From Phoronis australis (taxonomy: Eukaryota > Animalia > Phoronida): 64,000 bases of DNA. Below the pieces are notes generated by a model that made no database searches, had not been told where the DNA came from, and worked only from the letters and a program-made list of their open reading frames with translations. The stretch lies in assembly GCA_002633005.1 (NCBI GenBank), contig NMRA01000114.1, forward strand, positions 589,237-653,236. Direction: 5' to 3'. This document shows positions 1 to 11,300 of the stretch, one piece after another (position 1 is the stretch's first letter; each line of letters begins with the position of its first letter). The translations under genes were made by a program, and so were the position numbers.

Positions 1-496
1 CGTTTTTTAAATTTCACTGTTTACAATTAATTTACAATAGTAAAACATGTAATGTGAGTGTAATATTGTTCAATACAATGGCACTGATGGGACCATATTA
101 CTTGTTTTACAAAAAAGTCACCAAAACTGTTGTTTTTACAAATATAAGTTTACTAAGCTCTTTGGTGATTATTAGGTAACTTCAAACTCAAATTTCTCAA
201 AAATGTGCAACTTTATATGTGGGAACTTTTTAGATTTTGAAAACACTCTAATAAATGAATTAAAAAACACCAAAATAAAATTGCCCCCCTAAAGTACTCA
301 CAAAAACCATTTTCTAGAGGCCCTACAAAATCTGGCCCACCGACTATAATGGCTCTATGCGCAAAAGATATTTCTAACAACGTGACTTCGCCTCTACTAA
401 CTGCGCCAGCAGAGGCGATGGTCATTGCCTACCACTGTACCGGCTGTGCCAGTGCAGTGGCAATGTGCCGGGGTGAGGCGGTGCACAGGCATCCTA

Positions 497-737
497 TCCT
501 CAGCTTCTGATTGTCCACAATTCACTACATATAATACTACAAGGTATGACACTCCAGACAAGAAATTCCACGGATGCTTCACTTATGCTGTCCATAGCAA
601 ACACAAATCCCAAAAAATTTACACAAAACAGATGTTCAACAAACCATGAGGAATTGTTCTTTCTCCCAATACCAGTTACGGTGTCCTGTTCCGGCGACTT
701 CATAAGAAATTCGCAGTCAAAGAACAAAAATGTTCCC
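497..737. repeat. Diverged dispersed repeat, copy 1 (copy 2 at about 2071-2320)
   Basis: Colinear similarity by eye: tcctcagcttctgattgtcc..tgacactc..gctgtccatagcaaacacaaat..ttcaacaaa..ttgttctttctcc versus tccttagcttctgatcgtcc..tgacactc..gctgtccatatcaaacacaaat..ttcaacaaa..ttgttctttctcc. Boundaries approximate. Confidence 0.7.
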
Positions 738-759
738 AAAAAGTCCAAACACACTTACA

Positions 760-894
760 ACTGTGAACGGCTCCAGGTCAAGGACAGTACGGAAATTAAC
801 GATGAATTACGGATGGACAGCGTTATCGACATCGTGACTTTACGCGACAAACTGGCAATTTCCGTACCGTCCTTGACCTCGAGCTGTTCACAGT
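760..894. mobile_element. Small foldback/MITE-like element with 38-bp terminal inverted repeats
   Basis: 760-797 (actgtgaacggctccaggtcaaggacagtacggaaatt) is the reverse complement of 857-894 with 3 mismatches. Confidence 0.65.
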
Positions 895-1219
895 GCATCG
901 TGAAATCGGCAGCCATTTCAGGGAACTTACTATATCTAGCGCCATCTATAGGTGATTTGCTATAATACACGCTGTTCCTTTTTCATCAGTCACCATGGAC
1001 GACAATAACATGACGATGACAGATACGATCGTGAGAGAGACGACGAAGGTGATGACGAGAGTAGACGTAACGATGATTAATAACGATGACGTTAATAATT
1101 GACGAAATCGATCAATGACGTTGACTGATGAAAAAGGAACAGCGCGTGTTGTAGAAAATCGCCGATTGATGGCACTAGACATAGTAAGTTCCCTGAAATG
1201 GCTGCCGATTTCACGATGC
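895..1219. mobile_element. Foldback/MITE-like element with ~98-bp inverted arms and a GAC/GAT-rich core
   Basis: 895-992 (gcatcgtgaaatcggcagccatttcagggaacttacta...ttcatcagtca) pairs with 1122-1219 (tgactgatgaaaaaggaac...tagtaagttccctgaaatggctgccgatttcacgatgc). Confidence 0.75.
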
Positions 1220-1773
1220 GCCTGGCTAAAGTGAACCGAGTTCGGAATAGCGTAGTTATACACAAGAGTAATTGAGGGTCGTGAAAAGGATTTGTACGGA
1301 TAGCCAGATGCCTGAAGAATGCAAGGATACCAAAATCATTCATTTAGACCTACATTTATTAGTGGATTTATTTGGAATAAGGTATGGTCCATTATAGCCG
1401 ATCTACCAAAACATGACGCGCGCAAATACCAAAGCTACTTACGAAATTAAGAATAAGGTCTTGAGTTTTCTTTGAAAACACGTACATTTCTTCCAATCAT
1501 ATCAACAGTCAAAAGTTGAAATTAGATCCACCAAGTGCCAAAACAAGAGCAGACTTTACAAACACAGTGAAGACGACGTATGTGTCCCACCTCAAGTTGG
1601 CTTTTAGGATGGTGCTGCGTCAAATAACCGCAGGGATTTAAAAGACAAGATGCGAAAAACCTGTTCACAAACACTACTAATTCACTATACTAGATCACTT
1701 AGTACTGAAGAAAGAGTTAGGTTTTGAGTTTTCTTCGAAATCACATCGCTATTACCGTCGAACACACTGTACA

Positions 1774-1918
1774 CGGAAGTAAACATTGGCGCATGCGTTT
1801 ACGTGGCAAACGGAATTATTGTGAGAAAAAAATTAATGCAAGGCTGCTGTAAATTACTGCTGCCTTGTATTACTACTCCGTAGACGTTGTGTGAAGGCTT
1901 TTGGAGATGTAGGTGAGT
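1774..1918 (+). promoter_or_regulatory. Candidate TATA-less housekeeping promoter and non-coding first exon of LMBRD2
   Basis: ETS/GABP motif CGGAAGT at 1774-1780, NRF1-like GCGCATGCG at 1789-1797, consensus donor AG|GTGAGT at 1912/1913. The LMBRD2 ATG exon is preceded by an acceptor (ttttcctctcag, 8320), so an upstream exon is required. The link to this particular exon is inferred. Confidence 0.55.
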
Positions 1919-2070
1919 TAGCATAAATTTATATCTTGCCTTGTCTCGTCCACAGGCACTTGAGTTTATCTGTTCCTAGATCACCACTGCTACTGTCAGT
2001 ACTGTCACTGACGTCGTCTTGTCTTCTAATCTACCGGTAATTATCCCTGCGGTTACCACAACCACAGGCG

Positions 2071-2320
2071 TCCTTAGCTTCTGATCGTCCCCAATACACT
2101 ATATAATAATAAAAGGTCTGACACTCGAGACCAAATTTCACAGGTGCTGCAATTCAGCTGTCCATATCAAACACAAATTTCAATAAATTTATGTAAAACA
2201 AGGATTCAACAAATCGTGAGCAGTTGTTCTTTCTCCTGATTACACATACACTTACAGCATGCTGCTCCTGCGAGTCCCCAACAAATTCGTGATCAAAACG
2301 CAAAGATCTTCCCAAAAGGC
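2071..2320. repeat. Diverged dispersed repeat, copy 2 (copy 1 at about 497-737)
   Basis: See copy 1. Boundaries approximate. Confidence 0.7.
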
Positions 2321-3414
2321 CAATGCAACAAGACGGGTCACATGAGTCAGTTCAGGGTCAAATACAGAATTACCCAATGAGTTACAAATGGAACCAGGCA
2401 AGGTTACGAAATGATGACTGGCTAAGTATGGAATTATTGATGCCGTGCCCTTCCGTGACAAATCGACAATTCCGTGCTAACTTATTACAGGAGTTGCTAC
2501 GCTTCTACCTTTTGGGAAGATTTTAACCTGAAGTTAAATGTTAGTAAAAACCACACCTTTCCTTGATCGATTAATTATTTGGTTACTTCTGCGAAAAGGA
2601 TGCCATACGTCCATCATGTTGCAGCTAAGTTTGCGGAGCAATCATATGTGGCAACTTCCAGTGCTGTGAAATTGAGCGCTATCTGTTGGTCAATCTCCGT
2701 TTTTGTGGTTGCTTCAATCCAATGTCCTTTTTTCATAAGTTATTTGCTCACATTTCATAATATAAAATTACAAATGACATCAGTTCTTTAAAGTACTTGA
2801 TTATTTTATTACTAGCATCTAAAATTCTGTGCAAATTTTGTTTCAACGAAGTTGTCAACATTTCCTAAAAGTTGTCATTTTACCAAACCAATTAAATGGT
2901 GCGTGCATGTGCAATTGTGTGTGCATGTCACACGCATTCTGTTTCGACGTCTATGCTTAACTTTTCTTTGTTACAAAAAAGAGTGATGTATATATGATTG
3001 TTTTTTTATTAAAAAGCTATAACAGACAAGGTAGGTTTAATTTAAGCTTACGCATGTTGAGATATGTTACAATTTGAAGTACATTTTGTCACAAATAGAG
3101 TTGAAGCAAACTGTAAAACTGAGGCTCGCTTAACAGGATTGTCTGGTATTTTGAATATCAGTAAGTCATACATTTTCTACTTTCGTAAGAGACTACACTT
3201 CAATCCAGGACGAGCCTGTTGATCTGTGGTGGTATTACGGGTAGTAGGAGCCTTAAGTCTTTGATTTTTGCTGCTGACAGAATGACATTCCTTATTGGTG
3301 CAAAGTACGTATTTTCGTTTTCCACTCTTTATTAAATTCCTTGTCACTTTTCACTGTGTACCTTAATGCCATATAATATATTCATGGTCATGTGAGTGGC
3401 ATGGCTGAGTACAT

Positions 3415-6328
3415 TCACTGAGTGCTGCCAGCGCCCTCTGCTGTTGTCTCCTCCTCTGGATGGTCAGTGGTGGATACATGATGTTTGTGACAGCAACACT
3501 TTCTGAAGAGCTTTAATATGAGCTTCTTCGATGCCTTTCTATACTGCCGGCGTAGGATAACATAAGAATATGGATCCAAGACAATTGGGAGTCCAAAACA
3601 AAAGAAAATGACTCCATTCGTTGCTCTGTCATCCCTCCATAGACCCGTCTGCACGCCAATTATTCGAGCCTGAAAAATGTATTAAAGGCATGCCTCAGTT
3701 TTGTATTAAAAAATTCCAAGTACTTGGTTTGTTTACACTACAGCTGTCATTTGCTAGTTCTGCAGAAGTCTTCTAGACTTTAAATGGGTTTAAACATGAA
3801 TTAGTAGACTATGCACAGTGATCATAGGTACAAAGTTAAACATGGCAACCAGAACTATAGTATTGCCATACTTGTTTATGATGATTGTAAATTAACCCTC
3901 ATTCCGTGAGCTGGAAAAACAGCTTATGACCCTAATGAGCACCAGCACGTGAATTTGAGTGTACTGTATCTGTCATGAGAATGAAACAGAACTAAACAAA
4001 AGAAGCCATAATTTGCATTTAGCAATTTATAAACGTAAATAGAGGAAATTCTGTGGTATTATTGGCTTAAGTTTGCTGGTAGTTTCAAAATTGTGTGCTA
4101 GTTTCCAAAACGACTTCAGGGCTGACGCTTGTAATTTTTTTCAATTACACACTGAAACCTTATGTAATCTTTAGGCTAGAGAGAAGATGATTTAGCACTT
4201 GCATTTAGTGGAAACAATATATAGTAAAATTTTAATAATTTCAAACAAAAATAGTTGTTCAAAGTTGACCTTTTTTCATTTTTCAATGGATTCTAACATG
4301 ATTGCAGTTAAGTCCACAATTGTTCAATGTGTCAAAGGATAGCTACAGTACAGTACAGTAATTCTACACTTCCTACACACACGCACATCTGATTTCGCGT
4401 GCCGGAAATTTGTTAGAAATGATATTTTGTCCCTCACTTATTTCACACAGGGCTACTTTGTGAGAATTTTTTCCATCACCTGATTTGCTCATAATCAGTC
4501 AGTTTTGCACTTTGTATAATATCGAGGCAAAGCCCTGTCGTTAATTCTAGTATTGCGTGCCTCTTAAAGTTTCTTAATAAGATCTGAACGTTATATTCAC
4601 TAGTTAATTCGTCAATTCATACTGGATATGCTGTTGTAAACATGTGACACTGGCGACCTGGATGAGTGTCACGTGACTATGAGTCATATGCTCAAAAAGC
4701 TGTTTTACTAACGATCAGGTAAAATACTTTCCTATTGGAACAGGATCAAGTAAATTACGTAATTATTGTTAGATCACTTCGTTTCATAAAAGTCGCAGTT
4801 TGACGATTCTTGCTTACTGAGTAAATTTTGCAGACATGCTAACTACGAAGTCTGTATGTTGGCTCACCCCACTATCAGGAAAATATATATTAAATTGATT
4901 TTGTGGGAAATATGTGGAGAATTACAGTACAGATATTTAGTAATGATACAGCATTTGTTTACTGTTTAGTTATGAAACAATGAAAAAATAACATTTCACT
5001 TGTCGGCCATATTTCTTTCCTAAATTTGTGAGGTTTTAGTGTTGCCGTGGTAGCGGTGATATAAAAGTTTTGATTCCGCACAATTTTCTGGTGTACCACA
5101 ACTACTATCAAACAAAGTTTTGAAAATTTATGGGTATTCACAACAGGATTAGAAGCCCATGAAAATGAAGAAAGGGCATTTTTGGCAATTATTTTTGTCC
5201 GAATTTGTTGAGATTTTACCGTATAAAACTTGTCTCACATTGCTTGTTATTCGGATTTCTGGTTATAAGTTATCTCTGGGCTTTGGAATAGTTGGTAGTT
5301 CATTTTTGCACGAGACAGTTTTTAATCAAAAGGTAGCCCCTTTGTGTCGATCTCACATATTTAGCATTTTGAATAATGAACTTCAGTATTTCCTAAGCCC
5401 AAAAAATTAGGTACACTTCAGTTTTGATAACAGTAAGTGACGTTATTGAAAAGTGAGGCAGAGTTGCCCTTTTAATGAACAAAAAAGAAAAATTCTTCAC
5501 CACCATTGGTATCCAGCATATCACAGTAATACACAGGACGCCCAACAAAGTCTTGGCAAACTGGACTTCAGGTTTGATGATTTCAAAATATTCATTATTC
5601 CTCTTGATGTGAACTTTGGCTGTCCTTCTACCAGTTGTAGTTTGCGGGCTAATCCTTCGAGACATGCGGGTGACCTCCATCAGTACTCCTGTGTTGGTGA
5701 TGACTATAATAGAGGTGCAGAGAAGTCCAAATGAGGCAAAGACACTACCATAGACGTCTTCTAGTGCGTTTGTTGTTCTCCAAAACGTAATGCAAGAGCC
5801 TGTTACCATGTCGACTCTAGCTTGACATGACAAAGGAGTAAATTTGATGGCAACGATGCCCATGACTATAACAGCTCCAAAGATGAGGGCCAAAATAACT
5901 TTCTTGATGGTGATATGAGCTTCGTAGAAAAAAGGTGCACATATTCCAAGGAATCTGTCAATGGCCATGCACGCGGCGATGAAACTTGAGTATAAAGTTG
6001 GCAGTGTTATGCTCACATCATTTAGTGTACATGTGAGATAACCATGTTGCTTAATAATTCCTGGGTATATGAATTTTAGCCCAGTGAACGTCAGTATGTT
6101 GGTTAGCACAAGTAAATCACAAACGGCAAGACTGCGAATCAGAATATTGACCGGCTTGTCCAAAGGAATGTGTCCTTTTCTGAAGATCACAAGAACAAGA
6201 ACATTGCCAAAAATCCCCGGCAAAAGCACTACAAATATCACAACCAAGCGATATGTTGTGCTTTGGGCATTCTCATCAACAGTATGGTTCCTTATGGCTA
6301 AATTCAAATGTGCGTTTCCGCTATCCAT
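3415..6328 (-). CDS. Class A GPCR, prostanoid receptor (EP4/EP2/TP)-like, 2 coding exons, ~360 aa
   Basis: Exon 1 6328-5501 carries TM1 GIFGN, TM2 LAVCD, TM3 MAIDRF..I..PFFY and TM6 ICWIPMV. Exon 2 3669-3415 (acceptor tttttcag) reads ARIIGV...LDPYSYVILRR...stop. A DPxxY in TM7, the phase-0 intron at the end of TM6 and the 'EVQF' pre-TM6 segment are typical of prostanoid receptors. Confidence 0.88.
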
Positions 6329-8335
6329 GCTTGGATGGGTGATGCACCATATTTGGAAACAACTGTTGCTTAAACTTCCTCATAGAGTTAACTCCATCTC
6401 ATATTGCCAAAGACATATATAGTTACCGGGCGTGATAATGTGGGCATTATAAATGCACTGTAGCAATAAATCTTGGTATCATCCCCCACGGTGATTAATA
6501 GCCCTCCTTAGAAGTAACACTTTTCCCCCCAATTTCTCTTTTCTAATCCAGTTTATGGTCACTAAATTTTAAATTTGTCATTGTAGAGACCATTGACATC
6601 TCAACTGCTACGGTTTTTTGCATGATTTTTAACGTGAAACGACAGATCTGTGTACACCCAACTATTAATAATCACATGGTCCAGACTAAAACGATTATTC
6701 TTGATCTCCACACTGGTGTTTTTTATTCTGCTTTTGATGCTGAACCTCCCAAGCATGAAATTTTTAGTATAATTGCATAGTTACTGTGATAGAAAGAGAG
6801 GTTTTAAAAGATTTGCAATCTTCCTGTAAGACTTAATTAGCCTGGTTTTGTCACAAGTCTTGCGTAAACAATTTTCTAAATAGGGATCAACATCCGCTGT
6901 TTTTTTAAGCTCTAGTCGTCTTTTCTAATTTTGATTTAAATGTCTATGAATTCAAAATCTTGCTTGAAATTAAATCTTAAAGGATACAACTGAATTTGGT
7001 GGTTTATTTTATTGGAAGTGTATATTTTGCCTGTGTTGGCCATGCTGAGTAACCTGCGTTTTGTTACCATTTGGTACATTTCATTTTCATGCGCCCACAT
7101 CATCCGGTACACTTCGTGGCCTCTGAGGTGTTTCGTATCTGCGTGTGTGCAAACTTCAATCATAACACCCTGGTCATGAGGCATTTAAAAACGAAGGCTT
7201 CAGCCTATCACATCAGCTCATAACAGCCTGGAAATAATTATAGATAGATATTATCTCAGTAACTAGTAGGTATGTACACATTCTTAGAGAGTGCCCTTTT
7301 GCTCCAGTGAAATTTAATAGTTTTTCTAAAATTTTTATGTGGAACGTAACGAGACCAAGTCTCTGTTTTTTAAGACCCAAGTCACTTTTCATGAAAGCGA
7401 CCCCTGGTTGCCGTTTTAGTTTTTCGTGTTTACCTCAATGACTACCAGGTAGGATGAAGAATTTTGTTGGAATTTGGCAGATAAGTTTCTATCCACTAGA
7501 GAGCAGCACTTGACCACTTTTGGATAATTCCAGCTTGTCCGGTGCCCCCTGGTGACCATTGTTTTAGTTTAGTATTCACTTTTGTTTTGCACCCCTATCT
7601 GCCAAATGTCTTAAAGAGTCATGGCAAACAAGTTTCTATTAAGGTTAGCATGAATGGTTTGTACTTGCCAAATGTTCCCTTTTGCTGGTTGTGTCACTCT
7701 TTTTTGAAGGTTTGTCCTGTATCCCATGGTACCCTCATAGTTTACGTATTGTAGCGGCTCACATTACTTTGATCACAAATCTGTGCTCCTTTTTCTCTTG
7801 GTATTTTTTCTTTCAAACACGTTTCTTGCTGATTCACAAATATTTTTCTTTCAAGCAGATATTTTGTAGTGTTGTTTACAAAGCTGAATAGGTCCAAGCG
7901 TCACTATGTTTTTTTTAAAAACTCCAAATTTATGCATTGCTCTATATTGGTGACGTCTTTTGAGTGACGGAACTTATACTGGAGCCCTCTTATTCTGAGG
8001 GCACGTAACCAGTTGTACCTTACAGGTTACTGAAAATGTGATGCTGCATGTTTTATAAAAGCGAACCATTGTTAGTGCCATTAAGTTGACATTATCAATG
8101 GTCTGATATAACGACCACCTTCACAAGTCCTGTTAATGAACTGTAATCAAATTGATATCAAAGCAACTACCTTCTCAGCTGAGACTGACTTACAACTTGA
8201 TAAAACGAGTTCCGTTGGTTGCAAAAAAATGATGATCTGTTGGAATAGGCAACTTCATGACCGAATGTGAAAAACTAATTACATCAATTCTAGGCTAATG
8301 TACGCACGTTTTCCTCTCAGGTCAAGGTCACCACA

Positions 8336-11300
8336 ATGACTGTAGCTCCACTGGCTGTCGAAATCATCTGCGTCGGTTTCTTGGCAGCCATCCTTCTGCA
8401 TCGCTATGGCAACTGGAGAAAACAACACCTATTGGTTACCTTAACAACGTTCACGTCATGGTACTTCTGTCTGATGATCGTCTTTGTTTTGCCGTTGGAT
8501 GTCTCATCAGTAAGTAACAGCTAGTGTGATGTGGTGGAACACATTCTATATTTTGGTAGAGACTCTCGTTTCATTTCGATTTTGCGTTTGTCGGAAGATC
8601 TGAATTAAAGTGACTTAACATTTCACAATTGTTGTTGTTCGGGCAGAACTCGAAGATAGTGTATTTGCCCTTTTTCGAGTGTCTGGTATTAGTTTGAATT
8701 TGTAGATTTTTAGGTTTCCGAAGGTGAGCAGTTCCATTTTACATAAATTCTTGTTCTATTACAGACCTACTACCGCCAATGCTTGCTAGACAATAAACCC
8801 ATCTCGCCTGCCACCACCACCATTCCTAACACCACTACCCTGAATAATGCCAACTTTAGAAGTGGTGCAGTGACAGTGGTACCCATTAACCAGTCAACGA
8901 CAGCTCCCCCTGGACCCTCCTCAGCTACTATCAACCCACAAGGCAGCTGTGGTCTACCGTGGAGTCACGTGCCTGACTATATACTTCCGACCCTTTGGCG
9001 TGTTGTCTATTGGACATCACAGGTCTTAACATGGTAAGGGAAGGGACATTAAATCTACAGTCATTCTCCATTATTTTAGCACACTCTCCTCAATTCGCAC
9101 ATCATTTTGAAAATTACTATATTGTCCCTCACTTATTTCTTGCCTCACCTAATTCACAAGTGATCAGTTTGGAAGACGAAGCCTTTTGGTTAATCCTCCT
9201 TATGAACACCTTTTAACTGTTTTAATTATGTCTTAGCAGTCTATATTCACTTGATGTTCATTCATCCAGACATATGGAAGATCTCATGTGGCTGCAAACA
9301 TGCAGTGAAAAGGGGGGAGTGTTGGAGATGCTTTGTTACTCAGTTGATTTCGAACACTCTTCAACCACAAAGTCTGTATATTCAATTGATGTTACAGACA
9401 CCGACTATCGGGAAAATGAACTTAATTGATTTTGTGCAAAGCAAGTGGAGAGTTACCGTACTGCCAAGAAGTAGTGCTGGAAGGCAGAGAACCTTTTGCA
9501 TAGCCACATCTCATTGTTGGACATTGTTGAGAACGTTGGGACTTAGTTATTCTGACTAGTATACATGCATGCACGTTGGGACTTAGTTATTCTGACTAGT
9601 ATACATGCATGCATGTTGCTCAATATTTCTAATTGATGCTCTCAACATTGTTGTTATTTCGTTACGTTTGATGTGGCTCTGAACACTGTTTACCATGTTT
9701 TGACATGTCACCGTGTTTGTGCTTATGACTGACTTGATAAGTGCATCTGCATTTAGCCAAAGTTTCTAAAAACAGTTTAACTTAATTCAGTAATACTATG
9801 TGACTCAATATGGCCAACAGTTGGAATGTTCTTTTCTTATTTTTTCATGTAAGATTTCTGGCACAAAATTTTTGTTTACCATGTTCAAGTTTCGTATGAT
9901 GTCTACCATCACACAAATTTGTAAAACGTCTAGTCACCTGCAGGTATCTACTTTGAAAATAAGAAAAGAAAATGTTTGTTCATCTGAAATTAGTAAAATT
10001 TTACTGTGGTATACATTTTCTGTACATAGACTAAAATTTACCGTAAAGGACGGTTACTTTCAAATGTAGACTGGTCCCCCGGTGTGAACCGCCTCTCGGC
10101 ATGGATGACAGACGGATGACCGACCCATAACCATAGGCTGGTCCCCCGTGTGTGCTGCCTCCTCTCAGCATGGTTGACTGACGGGTGACTGACCCATAAC
10201 GTTCTGTACGTTCCTGTTTGACATCGAGCACATTGTTTGTAGTGGCGCTTAGTCTTCAATGTCGTTGACAGAACAATGGCGTATTCGAAAAAATGTTGAC
10301 TGCGGGAGTATTTGTTCGAGTTAGAAGGATTTAGAGACTCCAACTGCCTCCAAAGGGGTTTTCTACCCTTGAGGTGTACTTATAGTAATGCAATTCTGAT
10401 AATTTAGCTAAGGTTAAGCATAATTTGCAGAAAATCTTTCTGTGTACAGGCTTGATTAGGATATACCATCAACTATTTCATACCGCCCAAATATAATGCT
10501 TTCTAGTGCTTTATGGGCTTAACTGCAATTATTGTACATTATATTTTTCGTATGTAACATTAAAAATAATTATTTAGCAAGAAAACAGCCCTTCTTTAGT
10601 GTGTCTTATAGAGGTCAAGGTTGAACCAGTGTAAATACAGCGCCACCTGACTTCTTTCTGTTCAGGCTTGTGCTTCCCATGATGCAGTCTTACGCTAACG
10701 CCGGCGCTTTCACTGTACTCGGCAAACTGAAGACGGCGTTGATTGAGAACGCCATATTCTACGGCTCCTATCTTCTCGTCTTCATCATTATACTTGTCTA
10801 TGTAGCTGCCTCACCAGACTTGGAGTTGGATGCGTAAGTCATGTCATTACAATAATAATCATATTTAGCAACCTTGATAGAAGAAACTTGTTGTACGTCC
10901 TTGTGGCTCTTGTTTTCTAAATGTTTACTTTCTAGCTAGACCACAGTTTCAGTATTTTTGGAAACTTTGAGTTGGAAAATGGAACTTTATTCTGTTGACA
11001 ATGTGGTGGAACAACCAACAGCTTTAACAACTCCACGATTTTTTGTGGAACTCTCTGGAACTTTTTGATCATGTCTACATTTCGCGCTCTTCCACACTCT
11101 CTGGGAGTGGATAAGTAACACGTGTTGTTCCCTAGTGAAAGTGGTGATAATTACAAATGATCGCTTGCAGTTCCCAGTTGAAGGTGATTGGCATCACTGC
11201 CAGCAACACTTGGGGACTGTTCCTATTGGTACTGCTACTGGGCTACGGCCTGGTGGATGCCCCGAGGATCCTCTGGTACAGCTCCAATATACACCACATG

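Noticed and set aside
546-1343. ORFs with repeated peptide IVKSAAISGNLL on both strands
   Set aside because: These are by-products of the inverted repeat arms and have no recognisable domain.
5393-5500. ORF-track C-terminal extension of the GPCR (VKNFSFLF...)
   Set aside because: This is intron read-through. The real TM7 is in the exon at 3669-3415.
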